From the IMG/VR virus record IMGVR_UViG_3300030330_005258, positions 90,578-154,577 of that record: a stretch of DNA of 64,000 bases; one strand, given 5' to 3'. Below the pieces are notes generated by a model. That model saw nothing but the letters and a program-made list of their open reading frames with translations, was not told the origin of the DNA and ran no database searches. Each line of letters begins with the position of its first letter. Position 1 is the stretch's first letter. A program made the translations under genes and the position numbers. This DNA is from a virus. Taxonomy: Duplodnaviria > Caudoviricetes. This document shows, piece after piece, positions 40,153-48,617 of this stretch.

Positions 40153-40210
40153 TTATCTTATTGGAAAATGGGGACTACAACCAGTCCGCCGATGCTGCAA
40201 AGGCTCTTAG
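40145..40210 (+). pseudogene. Orphaned 3' end of the DUF1360-like gene (HNYLIGKWGLQPVRRCCKGS), or a 21-aa peptide
   Basis: Removing the DNA between the two GCATAATTA repeats fuses ...GIMIKHN in frame to YLIGKWGLQPVRRCCKGS*. Confidence 0.45.
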
Positions 40211-40243
40211 CTCGCGCGGGTAGCGCCCGCATAAGGAATACAA

Positions 40244-40501
40244 ATGAAACTTACCAGAACAAAACTAAAACAGATTATCAAAGAAGAACTAGACAGGGCT
40301 TCTGAAATTAAAGCTGAAAGAGTTGTTAACTTTATCAAAGATCACGGTGACACACACGCAGAACTTGTGCATCAAGATGATGGTTCTATGAAGATCAAGG
40401 TTGTAACAAAGATATATGATACCAACACTCGCAAGATGAGTTCAGAAGTTAATTATATTGAACCCACTATGCAAGCAGCAAGAGGAATATTGGAATACTA
40501 A
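40244..40501 (+). CDS. MKITK-leader mini cargo protein
   Basis: MKLTRTKLKQIIKEEL. Its RBS/start region is duplicated at the protease start. Confidence 0.65.
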   Translation: MKLTRTKLKQIIKEELDRASEIKAERVVNFIKDHGDTHAELVHQDDGSMKIKVVTKIYDTNTRKMSSEVNYIEPTMQAARGILEY

Positions 40502-40502
40502 A

Positions 40503-41102
40503 ATGAAACTACTAAGAGAATACTACGAACTATGTGAAGGTGGCGTATGCCAAGACCTTCTTACTGAAGACGAGAAACGTTTTGTCGCCGGCGGGGGCAT
40601 GATACTTTCTGGCAAGCTACAAGAAGCAGATGTCCAGAATGGTAATGGTCGTGTCTATCCTCACAAGGTTTTAATGAGAGAAGTCGAGAACTACAAGAAG
40701 CTTGTAAAAGAAAACAGAGCACTTGGTGAACTAGATCACCCCGACGATTCAGTTATCAACTTAAAGAACGCGTCACATATGGTTACGGCTATCTGGATGG
40801 AAGACAAAGCCGTTATGGGTAAGGTTAAAGTCCTCAACACTCCATCTGGACAAGTTCTCAAGTCTCTCGTAGAGTCAGGCGTCAAGCTTGGCATCTCTTC
40901 CCGAGGTATGGGATCTGTGTCGGAGGGCGGTGGCAATGTCGTTGTTCAAGAAGACTTTCAACTCATCTGCTTTGACTTTGTATCTGAGCCTTCAACTCCA
41001 AACGCTTTTATGATGAAAGAGGCAAAACAGTATAACAACAAAGTATTTACAAAAGCTGACCGAATTAACAGGCTACTAAATGAGGTATTAAAAGATGAGT
41101 GA
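40503..41102 (+). CDS. Prohead protease (T4 gp21-like)
   Basis: NGNGRVYP, GELDHP, TPSG, LGISSRG and FDFVSEPS. The ATG at 40503 has an RBS. Confidence 0.93.
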   Translation: MKLLREYYELCEGGVCQDLLTEDEKRFVAGGGMILSGKLQEADVQNGNGRVYPHKVLMREVENYKKLVKENRALGELDHPDDSVINLKNASHMVTAIWMEDKAVMGKVKVLNTPSGQVLKSLVESGVKLGISSRGMGSVSEGGGNVVVQEDFQLICFDFVSEPSTPNAFMMKEAKQYNNKVFTKADRINRLLNEVLKDE

Positions 41103-41517
41103 AGAACAGGAAAAATTAGATGAAGTTGGTGCTCCTGGGCTTTCTGTTGTATTGACAAATTTGGACAATTTGGTAAAAATATTAATAACTGTAAACAAGA
41201 CTGCTAAATCAGAAAAGCTGGAAAAGTCTATTGAAGCAATCAATTTTGTATATAATGGTTTTGAAAAAATGAAAAAAAACTATCCCAAAACATATAAGAT
41301 GGTTTTAGGAGGAGCAGCAATATTAGACCCTGTGGGAGCTATAAAGGCTGGCGCCGCAAGAAAAGTAATCACTGCTTTTGTTAATTCTTTTGGTCTTAAT
41401 CCTCCCCCCGAGCCACCACAAATAGATACCACAAATGCGCCACCCCCACCAGAAAAATTAGAAGAATCTTTAGATAGAATGCAAATCCTTGCAGGAATTG
41501 ACAAGAAGGAAAAATGA
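41095..41517 (+). CDS. Cargo-type protein with C-terminal RMxxLAGI motif shared with the scaffold
   Basis: Ends LEESLDRMQILAGID, while the scaffold ends ARMRKLAGIN. Pro-rich linker; AT-rich. Confidence 0.55.
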   Translation: MSEEQEKLDEVGAPGLSVVLTNLDNLVKILITVNKTAKSEKLEKSIEAINFVYNGFEKMKKNYPKTYKMVLGGAAILDPVGAIKAGAARKVITAFVNSFGLNPPPEPPQIDTTNAPPPPEKLEESLDRMQILAGIDKKEK

Positions 41518-41945
41518 ACAAATCACAACTTAAAAAGTTAATCAAGCCAGTCGTAAAAGAGTGCATCCAAGAAGTTTTGATAGAAGAAGGACTTCTTACA
41601 GAGGTCGTCGCTCAAGTTGCTTCTGGAATGTCTCGACAGCCAATTGTTGAAAACAAGCCAAATAAAAGAAATGATAAGCTATTTAATGAAGACTTGCAAA
41701 TGCAGCGTAAGTCCCGAGAGGCGAACAAAAAGCTACAAGAGCATCGTAAGAAACTTCTAGATTCTATTGGTGGAGACGCTTACAACGGAGTTGATTTATT
41801 TGAAGGTACAACACCTTTAAACAATGCAGGCACCGCAGGCGAAAGCCACAAAACAAATGTACTAGGTGACGATCCAAATGATGCAGGTGTAGATATAAGT
41901 TCAATTATGGGCAACTCAAGCAAGATTTGGCAAGCGATTAAATAG
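41514..41945 (+). CDS. Prohead core-like protein
   Basis: MNKSQLKKLIKPVVKECIQEVLIEE leader-like N-terminus and several x-x-E sites; lies between protease and scaffold. Confidence 0.5.
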   Translation: MNKSQLKKLIKPVVKECIQEVLIEEGLLTEVVAQVASGMSRQPIVENKPNKRNDKLFNEDLQMQRKSREANKKLQEHRKKLLDSIGGDAYNGVDLFEGTTPLNNAGTAGESHKTNVLGDDPNDAGVDISSIMGNSSKIWQAIK

Positions 41946-41953
41946 GATTAATA

Positions 41954-42202
41954 ATGAGTAGACGCAAGGGTGCGAATGTTGTGGTTACCGCAAGACAATG
42001 TAGAGGTAACCACGAGAAGATGATCCGCAAGTTCATCAAGAAATGTAAGAAAGAAAAAATTATTGAACAGATAAGAGAAAGAAGATATTACAAGAAGCCT
42101 TCCGATGTTAAACGTCATAAAAAGCAGGCTGCCATACGCCGACAGCGCCGAGACGTAGAAAAGCAAAAGAGACTGCAAGCCAAGCGTGAAAGAAATAGTT
42201 GA
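41954..42202 (+). CDS. rpsU: Phage-encoded 30S ribosomal protein bS21
   Basis: EKMIRKFIKKCKKE.II...RERRYYKKPS..KRHKK.AA.RR matches the bS21 pattern (ALRRFKR.C......E.R.R.FYEKP). Confidence 0.85.
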   Translation: MSRRKGANVVVTARQCRGNHEKMIRKFIKKCKKEKIIEQIRERRYYKKPSDVKRHKKQAAIRRQRRDVEKQKRLQAKRERNS

Positions 42203-42203
42203 T

Positions 42204-42211
42204 ACTATTTA
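42204..42211 (+). promoter_or_regulatory. Putative late-promoter box ACTATTTA
   Basis: Exact motif 38 nt before 42242. Confidence 0.65.
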
Positions 42212-42241
42212 TTTACGACTATGTAAATACGGAGGATTCTT

Positions 42242-42673
42242 ATGTCAGTTTTGAAAGCAACAAGCTGGGGTCGCACTAGAAGACCAAAACATCTAGTCGA
42301 GCACCTTCCAACAACCAAGCAAACAGCAACTACAGTAGCAATAACTGCTGAAGCAGATCTCAACAGCGATCTAAACGACGGCACAGCAGGACAAAATGGA
42401 TATTCAACAGAAAATCAGAGATTTTTGCATGTTTTTGTAAAAACCAATACTGGCAAATCTGTTGTAATTTATGGATACAATTATGCTTTTGGTGAGTGGG
42501 CGCCGTTGTATTTACCATTAGGAAATGGAACGCACGCCGAGGCTACTGCAACAACTGGTGGAAGTGGTACGGGAGCGAGACATTATATTTTTGATATAGC
42601 AGGTGTTGATAGAGTAGCGTTTGTTTCAGGCGACCCACCCGCTACCGTCAGGGCTGCTTGCAGCACATTCTAA
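42242..42673 (+). CDS. Small beta-rich putative virion protein
   Basis: GGAGG SD; first gene of the fibre/decoration cluster. Confidence 0.55.
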   Translation: MSVLKATSWGRTRRPKHLVEHLPTTKQTATTVAITAEADLNSDLNDGTAGQNGYSTENQRFLHVFVKTNTGKSVVIYGYNYAFGEWAPLYLPLGNGTHAEATATTGGSGTGARHYIFDIAGVDRVAFVSGDPPATVRAACSTF

Positions 42674-42685
42674 AGGAGTTTTATA

Positions 42686-43342
42686 ATGGCTCAATTTAGA
42701 TGGGCATATGTTAATTGTACTGAAGAAGACAGCATTACTATTGCCGGACCTACTGGTTCACTTCAATTTTTATCCACTTCAAGTGGGTTAAGCGGCTCTA
42801 GCAATTTAATATTCAATACTTCTAGCAATACCTTATACATTACTGGAACATTACTAGTTTCTGGAACTATTAGTGCTAGTTCTTTTGTTGTCAATCAGAC
42901 AGATACAGTTTCTGGATCTACCGTATTTGGCAATAGCAGTAACGACACTCATCAATTTACTGGCAGTTTATTTGTCGGAAAAGCCTCTGAGCTACCAACA
43001 TTCCAAGTAGATCCAGCACAAAGCCAATCAATAACTCTAGGGATGAGACACACATATAGGACTGTCTCAACTTCAGGGCTTACATCTTCGACCGGAGACT
43101 ACATTATCGGTTTTGGAGGCTCTGGAGATTTAGAATTTAGACTGCATTCAGCGTCTGCGTACAATTCTGGAGCCATATTAGTCCTAAAGGATGAATCATC
43201 AACTAGAGCCGCAGGTACTGGCAAAATAACAGTCTCTGCTTCATCTCCAAACACCATAGACAATAATGGCGCCTATGTTCTCACTGGCTCAAACCCAGCT
43301 ATTTCACTATATTCTAACGGTGCCAACTGGTTTGTATTCTAA
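42686..43342 (+). CDS. Fibre/decoration protein paralogue 1
   Basis: GPTGSLQF..SGS, GNS..DTH.FTGS and the shared C-terminal KD...ID...Y.NG..W domain. Confidence 0.6.
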   Translation: MAQFRWAYVNCTEEDSITIAGPTGSLQFLSTSSGLSGSSNLIFNTSSNTLYITGTLLVSGTISASSFVVNQTDTVSGSTVFGNSSNDTHQFTGSLFVGKASELPTFQVDPAQSQSITLGMRHTYRTVSTSGLTSSTGDYIIGFGGSGDLEFRLHSASAYNSGAILVLKDESSTRAAGTGKITVSASSPNTIDNNGAYVLTGSNPAISLYSNGANWFVF

Positions 43343-43357
43343 CGAGGAGGTTACCTA

Positions 43358-44353
43358 ATGGCTTATAACCTTCTCTCCGGTACAGTTCTTGCTAACGAAT
43401 CAGTTGTTTTCGAGCCGTCTACAAATGGTGGTGAATTTAATAACGTAATTATTGGTGAGTTTCGAGGAGACGGACAACAATTACAAAACGTTGCTAGAGT
43501 TGTCGCCAATGGCACAACTGATTATATGCTCACGGTTGGAGCAAATGCAGATAGTTTAGTTGGGGAGCCCAACTTACAATTTAATGGGGCGCGCCTATTT
43601 GTAAATGGTAATATAACGGCGTCGTCTTTACATTTATCTTCCTTGGCGGCAGGACAGGCGGCTACATCTTCCTTCCTTGCTCTTGACTCTAACAATAATG
43701 TGGTCCTTACGTCTTCGGCAGGTGGTCCTGATTTTGCCACCGCACAGGGACCAATAAACTCTTTACAGTTTCATTCCAGCCCTGGCGATATAAGTGGTTC
43801 GGATAATTTTACTCTTGTTGGAAGTACTCTGTTTGTGACCGGAAACATAGTTGTGTCTGGAAATGTAGAAGCACACGCTTTTGATCTTATCCAGACAACC
43901 TTGTTTGAAATAAACCAATCGGGATCAAGTGCTCTGGGGAATTCAAACGATGATACCCACCACTTCACAGGATCCATTTCTGTATTCTCGTCCAGTACCG
44001 ATCTGTTTGCGGTTGATGTCGAGAACAAAAACACAAAAATAAAAACTGGTCTTGTGTTTAACAGGACGGCTGTTGCCACAAACTATTCTGTCTTGGCGTC
44101 AGACTATTATGTAGGCATTGACACCGCAACCCAAAGCTCAGCAATTACTGCAAGCCTCCCAGCAGCCGAGTCTTTGCAGTCAGGACAAACCTTCGTTTTT
44201 AAAGACGAAGGCGGAAGTGCCCACCAGTACAGCATTGTCATAAAACCATCTGGTTCTCAAAAAATCGATAATCAAAATCAAGTAATTTTGGAATCACCCC
44301 ATGCATCTTTGACCATTTATACGGACGGCGCGTCAAAGTTCTTTATTACTTGA
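43358..44353 (+). CDS. Fibre/decoration protein paralogue 2
   Basis: GPINSLQF..SGS, GNS.DDTHHFTGS, C-terminal LPAA...GQTFVFKDEGG...IDN domain. Confidence 0.6.
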   Translation: MAYNLLSGTVLANESVVFEPSTNGGEFNNVIIGEFRGDGQQLQNVARVVANGTTDYMLTVGANADSLVGEPNLQFNGARLFVNGNITASSLHLSSLAAGQAATSSFLALDSNNNVVLTSSAGGPDFATAQGPINSLQFHSSPGDISGSDNFTLVGSTLFVTGNIVVSGNVEAHAFDLIQTTLFEINQSGSSALGNSNDDTHHFTGSISVFSSSTDLFAVDVENKNTKIKTGLVFNRTAVATNYSVLASDYYVGIDTATQSSAITASLPAAESLQSGQTFVFKDEGGSAHQYSIVIKPSGSQKIDNQNQVILESPHASLTIYTDGASKFFIT

Positions 44354-44363
44354 TTTGATTTAT

Positions 44364-44371
44364 ACTATTTA
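44364..44371 (+). promoter_or_regulatory. Putative late-promoter box ACTATTTA followed by a 5'-UTR hairpin
   Basis: Exact motif; downstream TAATG..GGTGC-TTTT-GCATC..CATTA stem; AGGAGG SD. Confidence 0.65.
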
Positions 44372-44440
44372 AGAGCGTAATGTCGCTGGTGCTTTTGCAT
44401 CTGTGCATTATCCATTTTATCTTTAGGAGGATTTTTATAA

Positions 44441-46552
44441 ATGGCTTACAAATTTCAATTAGGTTCCGCTATTCTTAGTGGTTCCACCAAGTTCGAGGAA
44501 GAGGTTGACGCCGCTGGCGGTCTTAAGCTCTCTGGTGTTGATGACACCGCACTCGACGTTTCTGCTGATAGCTTCTTGTTCCGCGATGCTGACGGAACCA
44601 TGAAGCGCGACACCATGGCTGACTACGCTACCGCAATTGCTGGTGACGGTCTTGCCGCTTCATCCGGTGTTCTTGCTGTTGGTGTTGATGATTCTACTGT
44701 TGAACTCGACTCCGATGCTCTTCGCATCAAGGATAGTGGTGTTGGCACTGCAAAGATTGCTGACAACGCTGTCACTCTTGCTAAAATGGCTGGCATTACC
44801 CGTGGCTCACTAATCGTTGGTGATTCTTCTGGTGACCCATCATATCTTGCAAAGGGTACTGCTGCTCAGTTCCTTCAGTCTGACGGAACTGATCCATCAT
44901 ACGTCACAATCTCTGGTGATGCTACTATCGCTGCCGGTGGTGCTCTTACCATCGCTAACGATGCTGTTGAAAGCGGTATGCTCAACGACAACGTTATCTC
45001 CGGTCAGACCGAATTGGCTTCCGATGGTCTTGCTGCTGCTGACGAACTTATGATCAGCGACGGCGGCACTTTGAAGAAGATTGGCGTTGACAATCTTTTC
45101 AAGGATGGTCCCGGACTTCTCGGTGCTGCTTCCGTTGATGTTTCAGCAGACCACTTCATGTTCCTTGATGGCGGCGCTACTGGCGATGCTAAAACTGAAT
45201 CAGTCGCCGACCTTATGACTGCAATTGCTGGCTCTGGTCTTAAGGCCGATGCTGGTGTTCTTGAAGTTCGCGTCTCTGGCTCAATTGTTCGCAACTCTGA
45301 CAAGCTTGGTATCAGTGGCTCAATCGCTGGTGATGGTCTTAAGTTCCTCGGTGGTGCAAACGCAATTTCTACCCTTGAGGTTGATCTTAACGAGCTTCCC
45401 GCTGCTGCTGTTGCAGTCGCCAACGATAGCATCGCCATCATCGATTCTGATGACAACGGCACCAAGAAGGAAAGCATTGCTGACCTTATGACTGCTGTTG
45501 CTGGTAACGGTCTCGCTGCCGCTTCTGGTGTCCTTTCGCTTGATGCTTCTGAAGTCGCTTCTGCTGCTATAGCTTCCGGCGACCACTTCGTCTTCCACGA
45601 TGTCACTGACGACAGCACCAAGAAGGAAACTGTTGACGATCTCGCTAGCTTCATGGCTGGTGTTGGTCTCGCTGCTGCTTCCGGTGTTCTTACGCTTGAC
45701 ATTGACGAGCTTGGTGCTCTTGGTGGCGCTTCCGTCGATCAGGGTGACAACTTCTTGCTCTCTGACGGTGGTACCGAGAAGAAAGTTACCTTCTCTAACC
45801 TTGAGGACAGCATTTTTGGCAACGTCTCTGGCGATGTTCTTATTGCCGCAGGTGGTGCTGCTACCATTCAGGCTAACGCTGTTGAAGACTCCATGGTCAA
45901 CGACAACGTTGCAACTGGTCTTGCTGGCGTAGGTCTCTCCGCCGCTTCCGGTGTTCTTGCACTTGACGCTTCTGAGCTTTCTGACGCCGCTGTTGCTTCT
46001 GGCGACAAGTTTGTCTTCCAAGACGCGACTGATGATAGCACCAAGAAAGAAAGCATCGATGACATTGCTACCTTCATGGCTGGCAACGGTCTTGCTGCTT
46101 CATCCGGTGTTCTCGCTGTCGATGCCTCGGAGCTTTCTGACGCCGCTGTTGCTTCCGGTGACAAGTTTGTCTTCCAAGACGCAACCGACGATAGCACCAA
46201 GAAAGAAAGCATTGATGATATTGCCACCTTCATGGCTGGTAGTGGACTCTCTGCTGCTTCCGGTGTCCTCAGCGCTAGACATGATGTCGCTGCTAAGGCT
46301 GATGGTGATACTCTTGCAGTTGGCGTAAACTACTTCGCTGACCTTAGCTCTGATGCCACTGTCGCTCTTCCTGCTTCACCTTCAGTTGGTGATACTGTCG
46401 TCGCTAAGGCTAAAGGTCTTTCAAGCGCAACTATCATTATCAACAGGGCTGGCTCACAGACTATCGATGGCGAAACTTCTGTTACCATCGAATCACCTTT
46501 CGGTGCTGTTACCATGGTCTACGTTGCTAACGACGATTGGAGACTTATCTGA
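44441..46552 (+). CDS. Highly expressed repeat-containing fibre protein (head or tail fibre), paralogue 3
   Basis: Repeats of about 52 aa (GL.A.SGVL..D..EL......GD.F...D..D..TKK), MCP-like codon bias, the shared C-terminal domain, and its own promoter and terminator. Confidence 0.7.
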   Translation: MAYKFQLGSAILSGSTKFEEEVDAAGGLKLSGVDDTALDVSADSFLFRDADGTMKRDTMADYATAIAGDGLAASSGVLAVGVDDSTVELDSDALRIKDSGVGTAKIADNAVTLAKMAGITRGSLIVGDSSGDPSYLAKGTAAQFLQSDGTDPSYVTISGDATIAAGGALTIANDAVESGMLNDNVISGQTELASDGLAAADELMISDGGTLKKIGVDNLFKDGPGLLGAASVDVSADHFMFLDGGATGDAKTESVADLMTAIAGSGLKADAGVLEVRVSGSIVRNSDKLGISGSIAGDGLKFLGGANAISTLEVDLNELPAAAVAVANDSIAIIDSDDNGTKKESIADLMTAVAGNGLAAASGVLSLDASEVASAAIASGDHFVFHDVTDDSTKKETVDDLASFMAGVGLAAASGVLTLDIDELGALGGASVDQGDNFLLSDGGTEKKVTFSNLEDSIFGNVSGDVLIAAGGAATIQANAVEDSMVNDNVATGLAGVGLSAASGVLALDASELSDAAVASGDKFVFQDATDDSTKKESIDDIATFMAGNGLAASSGVLAVDASELSDAAVASGDKFVFQDATDDSTKKESIDDIATFMAGSGLSAASGVLSARHDVAAKADGDTLAVGVNYFADLSSDATVALPASPSVGDTVVAKAKGLSSATIIINRAGSQTIDGETSVTIESPFGAVTMVYVANDDWRLI
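45938..46270 (+). repeat. Tandem 156-bp (52-aa) near-identical coding repeat
   Basis: TCCGGTGT recurs at 45947, 46103 and 46259 (period 156). Protein copies are nearly identical, with mostly synonymous differences. Confidence 0.9.
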
Positions 46553-46584
46553 TATAACCTTCTGGTTTTAATCAGATTTCTTCT

Positions 46585-46616
46585 GGGTGCCCTCCTTCGT
46601 GGGGGCATCCTTTTTT
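46585..46616 (+). terminator. Rho-independent terminator
   Basis: GGGTGCCCTC-CTTCGT-GGGGGCATCC followed by TTTTTT. Confidence 0.85.
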
Positions 46617-46622
46617 CTTGCG

Positions 46623-46630
46623 ACTATTTA
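46623..46630 (+). promoter_or_regulatory. Putative late-promoter box ACTATTTA
   Basis: Exact motif directly after the terminator, 40 nt before 46663. Confidence 0.65.
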
Positions 46631-46662
46631 TTGAGAACATCAAATAAAAAGGATTTTTTTAT

Positions 46663-47850
46663 ATGGCATATAATGTCCTAAAAGGTAACGTACAATTTAT
46701 TAACTCTGATAGTGGCTCTATCGAGAGCATGGTTGATGATTATAGCAATCAGACTATCGCAGGAATAAAGACATTTTCACAAGCTGTCACTGCATCATCA
46801 GGCTTAAGCTCTTCAGCAGGGATACAAGCAGAATCTTTTATTGGTGCAGGCACGGGAATTACCGGCGTAACTGCCGCCGGTGCGACAATTTCTGATGACG
46901 GCAACAACCGTGTTTTAACAGCTAAGGGAGACACGACTTTACAAGCTGAACAAAACCTTAAATTTAACGGCTCAGAACTTCAGATCCTTGGCAATATTTC
47001 CGCTTCAGTAAATATTTCAGGTTCAGAGTTTTATGGAAAGGCGGATGGTCTAACTAATATTCCAACTAACCAATTTGTTGGTAGCATTTCTGCCGCAAGT
47101 CTTAATCTTGGAGACACGTTAGATAATGATGGCGGCGAGTTGATCGTTGACCTATCAAGTTCTGGAGGACTTGAAAGCACCGCAACAGGTTTAAAAGTAA
47201 ATCCTTCTGTTGCTGTTCAAAAAACTTCTCCAGTAAATGCAGATAAGTTTGTTATAGCAGATTCAGCAGCGTCAAATACTACAAAATATATAACTTATGA
47301 ACACCTATCAACTGGGATTGCTAGTGGAATCACAACATTCCCACCAAACGGAAGTGATGGCAACGTACAAATAAAAAATGGTTCCGCTTTTCAAGGACCA
47401 AGTGAATTAACTTTTAACACGACTTCGAACATTTTAACTGTTACAGGCAAAATTACTGCCTCTGTTCACGTTTCGTCTTCGCAGATTTTTGCAACTAGCT
47501 ATTTTGGCGATGGGTCAGGTTTAACAGGATTGAGTACAAATGCTTACGGCTTTTTTACAGCCAACTTTACTGTTGCTTCTGATAGTGATTTAATTGGGAT
47601 TGTGACTACCGGATCAGTAATTACTGCCTCCTTGCAGGCAGCGAATCAATACGAACCGGGACAGAGATTTACTTTTAAAGATGTAAGTGGAAGCTGCTCA
47701 GGATCAAATCACATTGTAATCAGTGCAAGTAACTATTCTTCTGGCGACCGAATTGATGGACAAGGTATTGTAAAAATACAAGCAGGATTTGGCGCCGTTA
47801 CAATTGCATCCGACGGTGTTGGAAGTTTCTACATAGTGAGCACAAGCTAA
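46663..47850 (+). CDS. Fibre/decoration protein paralogue 4
   Basis: MAYN start, F.G.G.GLT repeats, C-terminal GQRFTFKD...IDGQ...FGAVT domain. Confidence 0.6.
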   Translation: MAYNVLKGNVQFINSDSGSIESMVDDYSNQTIAGIKTFSQAVTASSGLSSSAGIQAESFIGAGTGITGVTAAGATISDDGNNRVLTAKGDTTLQAEQNLKFNGSELQILGNISASVNISGSEFYGKADGLTNIPTNQFVGSISAASLNLGDTLDNDGGELIVDLSSSGGLESTATGLKVNPSVAVQKTSPVNADKFVIADSAASNTTKYITYEHLSTGIASGITTFPPNGSDGNVQIKNGSAFQGPSELTFNTTSNILTVTGKITASVHVSSSQIFATSYFGDGSGLTGLSTNAYGFFTANFTVASDSDLIGIVTTGSVITASLQAANQYEPGQRFTFKDVSGSCSGSNHIVISASNYSSGDRIDGQGIVKIQAGFGAVTIASDGVGSFYIVSTS

Positions 47851-48617
47851 TGCCTGATTTAATTAATGAAAATGGAACGTGGGTCCTTCAAGAAGACGCC
47901 AATTTTTCTGATTTAAAAATAAACACCATTGATTTAACAGATGGTACTTGGACTAATGTGGATATTAATTCAAATATTAATACCTTATCCTTTGCTAATG
48001 ATGCAAATAAGATTGTTACAAATGCTGTGTCGGCTGGAAATATAAATCTATTAAACAAATCTGATTACAATGCAGCAAGATGGTATAAAACTCTAACTTA
48101 TGAAGATGGTACGCAAGTTCTTACAACGGATCAGTTTATTTTTATATCAACTTTGCAAGGTCTCTCTTCATCTAATCCCTCTCCTTTTGGCTTTGCTTGC
48201 GGCTTATCACTGCATCCGTTGGCTACTGGTTCAAATTCGCAAACAAATCAAGCTTTTAATGGTCACTCATTGTTTAACGAAACTTCTAATAGCACCACCG
48301 GGTTTAAACACGAATATTCTTCTGCCACTCAAGCCGGCGGCGGCTCTATAATTTTAAATGTGCTAACTTCAAGTTTATGTACTTGTGTAATCAACTGGGG
48401 GGCACCCACTGGGACTCAAAAAGGTAATATATCAGTGACAAGAAACAATAGAAATGTAGTAACACAAAGAAGCACCATGACAATGTCTTCTTCTGCTGAT
48501 CTACCACTTTATCTTCAGGTTTGCTTTGCGACAAGATATAACACCAACGAGTGTCTAGCTGGTGCCGAACACAAGCAGATAATGAAATACAAAGTAATAA
48601 GGATACTACCAGAATGA
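47850..48617 (+). CDS. Putative fibre tip / receptor-binding beta-sandwich protein
   Basis: AT-rich, Asn/Thr/Ser-rich, coupled to the fibre gene (TAATG). Confidence 0.4.
   Translation: MPDLINENGTWVLQEDANFSDLKINTIDLTDGTWTNVDINSNINTLSFANDANKIVTNAVSAGNINLLNKSDYNAARWYKTLTYEDGTQVLTTDQFIFISTLQGLSSSNPSPFGFACGLSLHPLATGSNSQTNQAFNGHSLFNETSNSTTGFKHEYSSATQAGGGSIILNVLTSSLCTCVINWGAPTGTQKGNISVTRNNRNVVTQRSTMTMSSSADLPLYLQVCFATRYNTNECLAGAEHKQIMKYKVIRILPE

Noticed and set aside
39965-40210. 81-aa ORF in the track overlapping the MKITK gene
   Set aside because: Its 5' part is an alternative frame of 39919..40152 without an RBS; only the last 21 codons appear meaningful.
45004-46233. Long minus-strand ORFs (232, 233 and 121 aa) opposite the repeat fibre gene
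   Set aside because: Antisense shadows caused by strong codon bias and repeats; no RBS, and they mirror the sense repeats.
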